The notes: generated by a model not told the origin, from the sequence alone. A stretch of DNA of 64,000 bases from Candidatus Latescibacterota bacterium (GCA_965217865.1 CBDCJO010000002.1:1856001-1920000), one strand, 5' to 3'. Counted from the stretch's first letter, positions 49,974 to 60,139 are shown. A program made the numbers and translations.

Positions 49974-50088
49974 AGAACCTTAGAGCCTACCCGAAGCATC
50001 TCTTTCCCGTGAGGTTTAAATATGGAAATGATTGAAACCCAAACTCTAATCAATGAGGATGAACAGAAAATGGTTCTTGACGCGGAGT

Positions 50089-50703
50089 TTACGCGGGATA
50101 GCGGGTTGAAAAGATAAACAGCTTCAAGAGGAAGTCGATGATGCTTCGTCCGGTGGTATCCTCGGCCACGCAAGCCGTGACGTTTCCGCTTCGCTGCACC
50201 GCGCCCAGGACCGGCGTCTTTTTCGTTCCCCGTCCCCGCTTGTTCTTTTGATCGTCCTTTCGATTCTTGCGCCTTCGGGGTCGGCCTCCAACGTAGGTTT
50301 CGTCCGCTTCGATGATGCCCTTGAGCAGGGGAAGCTGTCCAGAGGCCATAGCCGCTCTGATGCGCTGTTGCATATACCAGGCCGTGGGGTTGGTCATATC
50401 GATATCGCGGGCAAGCTGGCAACTGGACAGGCTCTTCTTTGCGTTGAGGATCAATGCGATTGCCATAAACCATTTCTGAAGCGGCATATGCGTTCCTTGA
50501 AAAATAGTCTTGGACAACACGTTGAAGCTGGCCTTGCAAGCATGGCAGTTCCAGCGTCCGATAAGATCACGTTCTTTCTTTCGGGCCACGTCCACAACCC
50601 CACATAGCGGGCAGAAAGGCTCGTTTCCAAACCTGATCCTTTCAAGATGATCGATGCATGACTGCTGGTCCGGAAAACGGTTGAGAATATCAAATAAATT
50701 CAT
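50089..50703 (-). pseudogene. IS1595-family transposase, C-terminally truncated
   Basis: CPLCG...CHAC zinc ribbon, KSLSSCQLAR HTH and IEADETYVGG (first catalytic D); the remaining catalytic residues are missing. Confidence 0.85.
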
Positions 50704-51148
50704 GGTGAACCCTCCTTAAGTGTGTATATAATATACATAATATGGGTTCACTTGTCAAGCCTAAAAGTTAGAATTACCTTTTCCGATACTGGCTTATTCC
50801 GGCCCATTCGTGAATACGTCGTGTATTTGGGTCTATTTAGGGTCTCATTCCTGTCGACCCAATCCCACTTCACGACCTATACAGCCTGGGGGGGCTTGCT
50901 CTGCCGCTGAATCTGCAATCTCGCTACAACGAGTGCGCCGGCGCAGCAATTCGCGGCGTGCCTGCTCCCGTAACGCCTCCGTCCCTCCTCGTCTCCGAGC
51001 CGTGGCCGCGCCATAGTTCGCTTCCTTGCCTTCCCAAGAGGATCCGGGGGGTGCCCCCGGCAAAGGTGGGACGTATCGAAGGCCATCTTTTCAAGAAGCT
51101 TGATTGATTTCTATCCAAAGGCCATCTTTTCAATGAAGGAGGTTAAAT

Positions 51149-51232
51149 GTGGTGTGGGTAGTTCTACTAATACCCGTTTGTATAGTAGCCCTGTTGGCCT
51201 ACATGGGCAGCAAGTCAGGCCGACGTACTTGA
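51149..51232 (+). CDS. 27-aa hydrophobic peptide, type I toxin-like
   Basis: AAGGAGGT RBS then GTG: MVWVVLLIPVCIVALLAYMGSKSGRRT. Below the ORF-track cutoff; translated by hand. Confidence 0.4.
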   Translation: MVWVVLLIPVCIVALLAYMGSKSGRRT

Positions 51233-51236
51233 TTGT

Positions 51237-51265
51237 TTAGTCCTGTCAAATTTTGACAGGACTAA
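51237..51265. repeat. Perfect 29-bp palindrome
   Basis: TTAGTCCTGTCAAA-T-TTTGACAGGACTAA. Confidence 0.85.
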
Positions 51266-51788
51266 TTGCGAAGTACTCCTACCAAGAGCGGGCCAGCGGA
51301 GGCTGGGAGGCGGTCATTGCCGCGGCGGATGACATCGGCGACGGCTGTCTTGAACTGAAATGCGGAAATCGTCTTTACGCCGTTTCCGCTCCTCAGCTGC
51401 CAACTTTGGTGGCTCGTTATTTTGTGCGATCCCCCGAGAATAGCCCTCTCCGGGGCTTGTCGTATCTGGCATTTTTCAGATTGTTGCGCCGCTCCACACA
51501 TCGTCCCCTAATCTCCGTTTCGAACCGGAACTCGTAGGGTCCGCTATCTGGAGGGCGTCGGTCCGCGCCAGTCGCCCCTCGGGACCTGCCTCATGGGTGT
51601 ATCCTGCCCTTGGTCCTGGGGCAAGGAGGCCGTCCATCGGGGTTGACCAAGGTTCAAATGTTGTGATATGACCCGGGAAAAGTGGACAGTGGTTTAAGCC
51701 GCTTTCTGCAGCGATAGGCGTTCAAAAAGGGCCGGGGACACATAGTCCAGGTAAGCGTGCAGCCGCTGATTGTTGTAGCCTGCATCTG

Positions 51789-52157
51789 ATGGAAACCGAG
51801 GGCGCAGACGCTCAGGCGACGTTTCCTGATACTGGCAGCAACCAGGTAAACAAAGTGCGTTACGCGCCCCCAAAGAGTGGTGTGCCGGGGCGGGTATGGA
51901 TCAACCGCGAACAGTATTTCGAGAGCGTTGAGCCGGACATCTGGGCGTTCACCATCGGCGGCTACCGGCGCGCGGAGAAGTGGCTCAAGGACCGAAGAAG
52001 CCGCACGCTTTCCGAGGACGACATCGACCACTACCAACAAATCGTCGTCGTCCTCGCCGAAACTCAGAGTCTGATGATCGAGGCCGACGACGTCATCGAA
52101 CAGCACGGCGGCTGGCCCGACACGTTTCGAACGGTCAAGACCGACGCAAGAACGTAA
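51789..52157 (+). pseudogene. C-terminal fragment of a Type ISP restriction-modification enzyme
   Basis: RVWINREQYFESV...WAFTIGGY..AEKWLKDR...DIDHYQQIV. Confidence 0.7.
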
Positions 52158-52173
52158 ATGTGCCCATACCGCG

Positions 52174-53106
52174 GTGGTTCTCAGTAGCCTAGAACGGACG
52201 CTTCAACCCCACGAAGGGAATCCGCGAGCAGCCCCCGTCCTTAACGGCATTCGCTATCGGCTGACTGCTCAGGTACCAGAGTTCCGTTCAAGAGTGCAGA
52301 GGTTGCTGACTCGCATTCAGCCTGAAAAGCGTCCTGCTGGTGGATTTATGAATGCTCGTGGCCATGTGGCAAGTGAGTCTCGGTCACAGTTGTTGCATGG
52401 CTTCTATGCAGAAGTTGAACTTCGAGCAAGCGCTTTGGGCTGGCGTGGTTTTTCCGACTTGCTAACGCTTTCGAGCGCGCGATGCGAGATCCGAGACTTC
52501 AAGACTGGAGCCCCGAAGCAGGAGCATGAGTTCCAAGTCCGCACTTACGCACTGCTTTGGGCTCGGGATCGAGACTTGAACCCAAACCGGCGGTTGGCGG
52601 ATAGACTCGTTCTTTCTTACGACGAAGGCGATACCGACGTTCCGGCACCGAGCGAGGAGGAAGTCCGTCACCTAGAGGAAGAACTCCAGCGACGGACTAA
52701 CGAAATGTTATCTAAACTCCGGGCCGATCCTCCTGAGGCGCGACCCAGTCGGCAGAACTGTGAGTACTGTCCTGTACGACATTTATGTGAAGAGTATTGG
52801 CACTGGCACGCCCGACAAGAGCCAGACAGCGAATCGCTCAAGACCGGATTTGGTGACATTCAGATCGAACTTTCTGCTCGACATGGTCCCCGAAGTTGGG
52901 ATGGATTCGTGGAATCTGGTTCGAACTTGAAGACCGGAGGGAAAATCCTACTGCGAACCACAAATATCCAGTTCGAGTTGCAACCGGGTCAACGGGTACG
53001 TCTACTCAACGTCCACATTAGCGTACCTGACGAAGAGCCCGTGGAAGAGATACAGCCTACGATTGTGGCGACAATGGGAGCAAATTCCGAGGCATTCCTG
53101 CTTTGA
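52174..53106 (+). CDS. PD-(D/E)XK (RecB/Cas4-like) nuclease, probably 5'-truncated
   Basis: GFSDLL...IRDFKTG...QVRTYALLW and CEYCPVRHLC. Confidence 0.65.
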   Translation: MVLSSLERTLQPHEGNPRAAPVLNGIRYRLTAQVPEFRSRVQRLLTRIQPEKRPAGGFMNARGHVASESRSQLLHGFYAEVELRASALGWRGFSDLLTLSSARCEIRDFKTGAPKQEHEFQVRTYALLWARDRDLNPNRRLADRLVLSYDEGDTDVPAPSEEEVRHLEEELQRRTNEMLSKLRADPPEARPSRQNCEYCPVRHLCEEYWHWHARQEPDSESLKTGFGDIQIELSARHGPRSWDGFVESGSNLKTGGKILLRTTNIQFELQPGQRVRLLNVHISVPDEEPVEEIQPTIVATMGANSEAFLL

Positions 53107-53152
53107 GTGTTCTCGCTGGGTGGGCTGATCGAGACAGGATTAAGAATCGTCC

Positions 53153-54798
53153 ATGACGCCTGACCAAATCAAAGCGCTGGCTACAGTCGGTGAATCCGAG
53201 ACGCTGGAGTTCAAGAGCACGACCGGGACCCGTCGTGAGGCGGCCAGGACGGTGTGCGCCATGCTCAACCAACACGGGGGGCATGTGCTGTTCGGTGTCA
53301 CGCCGAGAGGAGATGTGGTTGGTCAGCAGGTGAGCGAGCGAACAATTGAAGAGGTGAGTGCGGAGATCCCAAAGGATCGACCCGCCGGCCTTTCCGGAGA
53401 TCGAGCGAGTCAATGTAGCGGAAGACCGGGAGGTGATGGCGGTTCGCGTGAACCAGGGCTCCGCACGTCCGTACCAATACCGGGGCACCGCTTATCGTCG
53501 GGTTGGCAACACCACCGTGGCCATGTCGGCCGAGGAGTACAACCGAGTGCTCTTCGAGCGCATGCACAGTGAGCAGCGCTGGGAGAACCAGGCCGCCAGC
53601 GAGTGGTCGGTCGAGGACCTCGACGTGGCGGAGATTCGCAATACGGTTGCAGAGGCCGTCCGTATCGGCCGGCTGAACGAACCTGGTAGTCGGGAACCGG
53701 ATGACCTGCTACGCGGGCTCGGGCTGATCCGCGACGGCGTCCTGTTCCGCGCGGCGGCGGTGCTGTTCGGTAACGCCGAGCGACTTGAGTTCGAAATGCC
53801 GCAGTGCCTGCTCCGTGTGGCTCGTTTCCGGGGTCTCGACCGGAGCGAATTCCTGGACAACCGGCAGTTCAACGGCAACGCCTTCGAGTTGTTCTCGAGT
53901 GCGGAGCGCTTTCTACGCGACACCCTTCCCATCGCAAGCCGGTTCGAATCGGGCCGCATCCAGCGCATTGACGAACCGCTTTACCCGCCCCTGGCCACAC
54001 GGGAAGCGCTGGCGAACGCCCTGTGCCATCGGGATTATGCTCTGGGCGGCGGCTCGGTGGGGCTGGCGGTGTACGACGACCGTCTTGAGGTGACATCGAC
54101 CGGTTCGCTGCACTTCGGACTGACCCCAGACGAGCTGTTCGGGCCGCACGAGTCGAGACCGTGGAACCCGCTGATCGCCCGCACATTCTACCGGCGCGGC
54201 ATCATCGAGGAATGGGGGCGCGGAACGCTCAAGATGGCGGAACTGGCAACCTCCGCGGGCCTACCGCGCCCCGAGATTGAAGATGCCAGTGGAGCCGTGA
54301 CGGTACGATTCCGGCACGGCCAATTCGTGCCATCTCAGCGTAGCGGGAGCGCTGTAATCGAAAGGGAATTATATACTTGACAAAGGCTATTTGCTTTATC
54401 CCAAAATGTTGAGTTTTTTGCGAAAGTTTCGCAGAATGCCCCGTCCTTTGGCCGGAGATCGTCCGATTCGAGCGATTTCTTTACCTGATTTTTGATGTCC
54501 TGTTTCTTATATTTGTCGGCATGGGGACTGCCAACAGATTGTTTGAGTAGACAGAGCCTTCATCACTATCATGACTTTATCAAGTATATAATCACCAATC
54601 GAAAGGCAAAATGCAATTCTCGCCCTGTTGGATCGCGCGGAAGGTGACTTGGCGTTACGCGAGATTCACGCACAATTGCCCCTAGACGTCAGCGAGCGTC
54701 AGGTAAGAAGGGCCTTAACGGAGTTGAGGGACCGTGGGCTGGTAGTGTCCACGGGCCCCGGTCCGGCGGCGCGGTGGAAGCTTTCCCAAGGCCAGTAG
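53153..54798 (+). pseudogene. AlbA_2-HATPase-HTH paralog with a frameshift (~53370) and a MITE insertion
   Basis: Highly similar to 15992-17395; extra C in GAGATCCCAAAGG; coding sequence resumes after the MITE at ~54597. Confidence 0.85.
54364..54596. mobile_element. 233-bp MITE, IS1595-like
   Basis: TSD AATCGAAA at 54356-54363 and 54597-54604. IRs GGGAATTATATACTTGACAAAG and (reverse complement) GGTGATTATATACTTGATAAAG. Empty site visible at ~17194. Confidence 0.88.
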
Positions 54799-54805
54799 AG
54801 GTGCC

Positions 54806-54860
54806 ATTAGACCCCTGGGGGTCAGATAGGGGTTTAATAGGGGTCAAATAGGGGTCTGAT
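54806..54860. repeat. Second copy of the 11-bp array: one unit on the minus strand, four on the plus strand
   Basis: ATTAGACCCCT GGGGGTCAGAT AGGGGTTTAAT AGGGGTCAAAT AGGGGTCTGAT. Confidence 0.85.
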
Positions 54861-55509
54861 GTGCCGGCTCGATGACGATGGCAACCGTTCTATCGCCAAG
54901 CTCCGCTGGGGGTTGGTGCCGTCCTGGGCGAAGGACGTGAGCATGGGCACGCGTCTCATCAACGCCCGGGCAGAGACCGTCCACACCAAACCGTCCTACG
55001 GCGATGCCTTTCGTTCTCGTCGGTGCCTAGTACCAACCTGCGGAAATTCGCGTAATCTGATTTCCTAGCAAAAACAGGATGTTAAGGGCGGATTTGCACG
55101 CATAAACTTGCGCAACTAAGTACTAGTGCCGGCCAACGGATGGTTCGAGTGGCAGCGGACTGAGCACGGGAAGCAGCCCTACTTCCTCGGGCTCGCGGAC
55201 GGATCGCCGTTGTCGTTCGCCGCGCTGTGGGAGCGCTGGTACAAGGGCGGGAGTTCCCTTGAGTCTTTCGCCATCATCACGACTTTCGCCTCATCGGCGC
55301 TCGCCGACATTCACCATCGGCAGCCTGCGATCATCGATCCCGACCAGTTTGACGACTGGCTCGATCCGACGGCGCCAGTACCGCGGCTCCTCGACCTGGT
55401 GCGTGAACCTGATGCCAGTCCCTACCAGAGGCACGCCGTCAGCACCAGGGTGAACAGCGTCCAGAACGACGACCCGGATATCCTGGAGCCCAGGTTGGAA
55501 CGCGGCTAA
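54861..55509 (+). pseudogene. SRAP paralog, 5'-deleted and interrupted by a MITE
   Basis: Begins at the equivalent of 17656, so it lacks MCGRF; continues PANGWFEW after 55123. Confidence 0.85.
55031..55122. mobile_element. 92-bp MITE with CTAG target duplication
   Basis: CTAG at 55027-55030 and 55123-55126; imperfect IRs TACCAACCTGCGGAAATT and (reverse complement) TACTTAGTTGCGCAAGTT; empty site at ~17822. Confidence 0.8.
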
Positions 55510-55565
55510 TTTCAACCCCAGTGGGAATCGAACCCACGTCCGAAAGAGTCTTCGATTCCTTGACT

Positions 55566-55714
55566 GGGGAAATCTGGATAAAAAAGACTTCCGCATTAGA
55601 AATTCGGAGAGCCACCCGTTTAGGTTCGTAAGGCTATGACAATCAGGGGATTACGCATGTCCGTGGTAAGGGAGGGCGGATTGCGGGAAAGCGGCAAGCC
55701 CTCCACCATCCTTC
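55566..55714 (+). repeat. Island-end arm repeat, copy C, with CCCTCCACCA core at 55699-55708 (candidate attR)
   Basis: GGATTACGCATGTCCGTGGTAAGGGAG...GGATTGCGGGAA...CAAGCCCTCCACCAT shared with copies A and B. Confidence 0.72.
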
Positions 55715-55849
55715 GCTCGCGAGCTACGGATGGCAGGCCACCTACAGGCACAGGGTCACATGCGAGCGAAGGATGGTGCCCTCCGTAGCGCGAAGCGCGT
55801 AGGAGGGCTTTGTTCTGTACACGGCGGGCTGTCAGGTAAGTGGATGGAA

Positions 55850-56095
55850 ATGCACTATGCATACGTCATTGAGAGCCTTGAGCAGCCGGGCCGGTTATAC
55901 CGCGGCAGTACCCGCAATGTGGAGGAGCGGTTAGCCCACCACAACGCCGGGAAATGCAGACATACCTCCAAGTACAGACCCTGGAAACTGAAGCTATACA
56001 TCGCGTTCGAGTCGAAGGAACTCGCCCAGCGATTCGAGCGATACCTCAAGTCGGGCTCTGGTCACGCCTTCGCCAATCGGCACTTCTGGGATTGA
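55850..56095 (+). CDS. GIY-YIG nuclease family protein
   Basis: YAYVIES...LYRGST...RLAHHNAG..TSKYRPWKL...ERYLKSGSG. Confidence 0.85.
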   Translation: MHYAYVIESLEQPGRLYRGSTRNVEERLAHHNAGKCRHTSKYRPWKLKLYIAFESKELAQRFERYLKSGSGHAFANRHFWD

Positions 56096-56255
56096 GTAAG
56101 TGAGCGAAGGATAGTGTCCTCCGACCTGCCTGCCCTTCGGAGCTAACGCGGAGGAGGGTCCACCGGAGCCCTCTGGGTGTAGGTGGAAGCACGCCTGTCC
56201 ACCGTAGCTGCCCTGCAGCGAAGGTGGACGAGCTACCACCTCCGCCCGTTACCCT

Positions 56256-56283
56256 AAAAAGCCACCGATCCTCGGTGGCTTTT
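56256..56283. terminator. Bidirectional rho-independent terminator
   Basis: AAAAAGCCACCGA-TCC-TCGGTGGCTTTT. Confidence 0.75.
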
Positions 56284-56619
56284 CGCTTTCCAGAAATTTC
56301 GAGATCTTTGTCCACAGGGTTATCAACAACCCAAACTAAGGCATATTTAATTGTTTAAAATGAACTTATAATGCTTGTTTCTTCTCTTTTCAACGACAAT
56401 CCGGATTTGTGCGGGAGGTTTTCAACACCGAAATCACGCTGAACGCCTTGAAGAAAGGATGAATGTGGATACACCTCCCAAACCCGGTCCGTGAAGCATC
56501 CCATCTGATCCCTGATAACTGCTAAAGCCTAATAGATTTGGGGAGTTTTTTCTTGCGGACCCTCCATATCTATCATATATTTTGAAAATTAAACAATTCG
56601 CTCGTAAGGAAGGACACGC

Positions 56620-57210
56620 GTGCTCGGCCAGAAAGCAAAACAGGATCTCTCGGAATTACTGCAACCCTCGACGGACTTTCTCGTCAAAAAAAGGCTGAGG
56701 CCAAACTATATCACCATCGCTGGATTTCTGTTGAGCCTTGGTGCGGCACTCCTGTTCGCTTCTACATTCGTAGCGCCGCTGAAATTCAGGGTTGCGGGAT
56801 GCCTCGTGCTTCTTGCGGGTCTCTGCGACATCTTTGACGGACAGGTTGCCCGGGCCGGGCAAAAACGAACCAAGTTCGGTGCCCTTTTGGACTCCACCGC
56901 CGATCGATATGCGGAGATCTTGGTCTATTTCGGCATGGCCATCGATTTTGTCCGTGCAGAATGGTGGGCGACGAGCACAGCTCTCTTCTTCGCGATGGCG
57001 GGTTCCCTGATGGTCAGTTATATTCGGGCAAGGGCCGAGGGCCTCGGAGAAGAGTGCCAGGTGGGATTCATGCAGAGGCCGGAACGGGTCATCGCTATCG
57101 GCGTAGGAGCTCTCCTCGGTAGAGAAGCCCTGGCCGTCGTGATGTGTATGATCGCAGTCCTAGCAAACTTCACCGCCATCGAGCGGTTGTGGCACCTCCG
57201 AAAAATTTAG
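56620..57210 (+). CDS. CDP-alcohol phosphatidyltransferase (phosphatidylinositol-phosphate synthase-like)
   Basis: DIFDGQVAR...GALLDSTADRY, SYIRARAEGLG, RPER; directly upstream of ino1. Confidence 0.88.
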   Translation: MLGQKAKQDLSELLQPSTDFLVKKRLRPNYITIAGFLLSLGAALLFASTFVAPLKFRVAGCLVLLAGLCDIFDGQVARAGQKRTKFGALLDSTADRYAEILVYFGMAIDFVRAEWWATSTALFFAMAGSLMVSYIRARAEGLGEECQVGFMQRPERVIAIGVGALLGREALAVVMCMIAVLANFTAIERLWHLRKI

Positions 57211-57306
57211 CCACAGTCCCGTTCTTAAGACATCCTTCCTTACCTTCCCTTCATCAATTCACCGGCCATCCCAGATTAATCCTTTCACATTGACCGGAGG
57301 CTCCAC

Positions 57307-58437
57307 ATGGGCAAAGTAAGAGTCGCCATCATTGGCGTCGGAAACTGTTCCTCGGCCCTTGTACAGGGCGTTCAATATTATAAGAACGCAAAAGAAGGCG
57401 AGTTTGTCCCGGGTTTAATGCACGTCGACCTGGGGGGGTATCACGTAAAGGATATCGAATTTTCCGCTGCCTTTGAAATCGACAGAAACAAAGTCGGCAA
57501 AGACCTGAGCGAGGCCATTTTCCTTCCGCCAAACAACACGATCAAGTTTTCCGACGTGCCGGAACTCGGGGTCCCGGTTCACAGAGGGATGACTCACGAT
57601 GGATTGGGCGAGTACCTCTCAAAGATCATCCACAAAGCATCGGCGCCCACTGAGGACATCATTGAGATACTGAAGGCCACCAGGACGGACGTCGTTGTCA
57701 ACTATCTCCCTGTGGGCAGCGAGGAAGCCACAAAGTGGTATGTCGAACAGGTTCTCGAAGCCGGATGCGCCTTCATCAACTGCATTCCGGTCTTCATCGC
57801 ATCGGCCTCCTATTGGCCGGAGCGTTTCGAGAAAAGAGGTTTGCCGATCATCGGCGACGATATCAAGTCCCAGGTCGGGGCAACGATTACCCACCGGGTG
57901 CTTACGAGGCTATTCCGGGAGCGGGGGGTAAAACTCCATCGTACCTACCAGTTGAATTTCGGCGGGAACACCGATTTTTATAACATGCTCGAACGATCCC
58001 GCCTCGAGTCGAAGAAGATTAGCAAGACCAACGCGGTCACCTCCCAACTCGACTATGACCTGGGCCCAGATAACGTACACGTCGGACCGAGCGATCACAT
58101 CCCCTGGCTCAAGGACCAGAAGTGGTGCCACATCCATATGGAGGGTGAGACATTCGGCGGCGTTCCGCTGAAGCTGGAGTTGAAGCTGGAGGTCTGGGAT
58201 TCCCCCAACTCAGCCGGTGTGGTCATCGATGCGGTCCGTTGTTGCAAACTCGCACTCGAGCATGGACTCAAGGGTCCACTGGCGGGACCATCGTCATACT
58301 TTATGAAAACGCCCCCCCAACAGTTCAAAGACGAACTGGCAAGAGAGATGGTTGAGGACTTCATCCTCCAATACGGAAGGAAATCCGCCCCGGAGCCCCC
58401 GAAACCCCCTCGCACTCGAAAACGGGCGAAGAAATAG
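57307..58437 (+). CDS. ino1: Myo-inositol-1-phosphate synthase
   Basis: [49 protein letters not shown]. Confidence 0.95.
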   Translation: MGKVRVAIIGVGNCSSALVQGVQYYKNAKEGEFVPGLMHVDLGGYHVKDIEFSAAFEIDRNKVGKDLSEAIFLPPNNTIKFSDVPELGVPVHRGMTHDGLGEYLSKIIHKASAPTEDIIEILKATRTDVVVNYLPVGSEEATKWYVEQVLEAGCAFINCIPVFIASASYWPERFEKRGLPIIGDDIKSQVGATITHRVLTRLFRERGVKLHRTYQLNFGGNTDFYNMLERSRLESKKISKTNAVTSQLDYDLGPDNVHVGPSDHIPWLKDQKWCHIHMEGETFGGVPLKLELKLEVWDSPNSAGVVIDAVRCCKLALEHGLKGPLAGPSSYFMKTPPQQFKDELAREMVEDFILQYGRKSAPEPPKPPRTRKRAKK

Positions 58438-58441
58438 CCAA

Positions 58442-60041
58442 ATGGAGACCCGAACCGCAAGTGCATGGGTTGACGCCTTCATGAGGCGCGATCCTGTCCT
58501 TGAGGGCCGCCTTCGGACAATCTACGGCGAAGACCCGGTGCTATTGGACGATCGTCGCAGGGCTTATGTCAACCTTCTGACTCGATTCGGCATGGCCTAC
58601 GGCGACGATAACGTCATCGTGACCCGGTCCCCCGCCCGGATCAACCTCCGGGGGGTACACGTGGATCACCGCGGGGGACACGTTAATTACATGTGTATCA
58701 GCAGGGAAACCTTGGTCGCCGCCCACACACGGGATGACGACCAGGTTTTCATGCTGAACACCGAACCAAAGAAATATGGTCCTCGGAGTTTCAACGTAAA
58801 CCAGGAACTTCCTCCTCACCAGAGGGGAGATTGGCTTTCCTACATCGACCAGGTGGAAATCAAACCTGGCGACTGGATGAACTATAGTTAAGGCCGCGGT
58901 TCTGCGACTTCAGGATCGGTTTAAAGACCTCCCCCTGAAGGGCATGAACTTGATGGTGAGCGGGAACATTATCGGCCAGGGGCTGAGTTCCTCCTCCGCC
59001 CTGGTCGTCGCCACCATGGAAGCCGTCCTTCAGGTCAACGGACTGGACCTCCCCATCACTGAGCGGATCGACCTGTATGGCACCGGAGAGTGGTATGTGG
59101 GCACGAGGGGGGGGTCCGGCGATCATTCTTCTATGCTTTATGGCCGTCGTGATTATGTTGGTCATATGACCTTCTTTCCCTCCTCAGTCGAACTCATCCC
59201 TTTCCCTTCCGGCTATAAAATCGTGGTCTGTAACTCTCTGGTGGAAGCCCGGAAATCCGCAGGGGCCAAAAGCACCTTCAACCAGCGCGTGGCAACATAC
59301 GAGATCGCTATGCTTCTGCTCAAGGCGGGATTCCCCGTCGTCGAGGCGCACGCGGATCACCTTCGGGATGTCACCCCCCGTGCGTTGGGCTGCACCGAAT
59401 CGGATATATACAGGATGCTTAAAGCCCTCCCCGAAACCATCACGAGGGACCGGCTTTTTGAGGCCCTCCCGGATCGGAAGGCCGACCTTCAAAAGCTGTT
59501 CAAAACCCACGACGACCCCCCCGGGGGTTACGCAGTCCGGGATGTATGTATCTTCGGCCTGGCCGAATGTGAACGGGGGCGCATTTGCGCTGAATTCCTG
59601 AAAACCGGAAGTATGGATAGGTTCGGTAAGTTGATGTATATCGGACACGACGGGGACCGGGTGGTGGAATATGGTGAAGACGGCCGGTCCAATGCATGGA
59701 AGAAACGGGTCACGGATGAGGATCTGAGTCGGTTGATTCAGGCCTCCGAAAGCGACGATGCAGATCAAAGGGAAACCGCCCACATATGGCGACAGCCCGG
59801 CGGATATGGATGCTCTTGCGACGAACTGGATCACCTTGTTGACACGGTCAAGCGCGTTTCCGGAGTGGTTGGAGCAAGCCTGACAGGAGCGGGTTTGGGA
59901 GGCCCCGTCGTGGTGCTTGTCCGTGAGGATGCCGTGTCATCGGTCGTGGATGCTGTCCAAAAAAATTATTATGAACCTCGAGGCCTCACCCCTTCCGCCG
60001 AGGTTTGCTCGTCTGTCGAAGGGGCTGGAAGAGTGTTATAA
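58442..60041 (+). pseudogene. Galactokinase-like GHMP kinase with a single +1 frameshift (~58886)
   Basis: SPARINLRGVHVDH, GLSSSSAL, GASLTGAGLGG. Removing one A in TAT-A-GTT restores MNYVKAAVLRL and joins the two ORFs. Confidence 0.8.
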
Positions 60042-60139
60042 AATCTCATCAATTCTTGTGGCATATAAGAAATTCCTTATGCATTTTCACTTTGTTCAAT
60101 ATTAATATTCTTACTCTACCATTTCCCTAAGGGGATGAT

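Larger units (their letters stand above)
48790..50778 (-). mobile_element. IS1595-family element with passenger genes
   Basis: 8-bp TSD TTTTCCGA at 48782-48789 and 50779-50786. Imperfect terminal IRs GGGGATTAAAAGTATTAGGCTTG and (reverse complement) GGTAATTCTAACTTTTAGGCTTG. AT-rich interior. Confidence 0.85.
25720..55708. mobile_element. ~30-kb integrative element (DUF2924/large serine recombinase, primase-helicase) carrying Type I RM
   Basis: Bounded by direct repeats ending CAAGCCCTCCACCAT; contains recombinase, replication and excisionase-like genes. Confidence 0.65.

Noticed and set aside
52174-53106. Cas4 indicating a CRISPR-Cas locus
   Set aside because: No other cas genes or array; a generic PD-(D/E)XK nuclease fits better.
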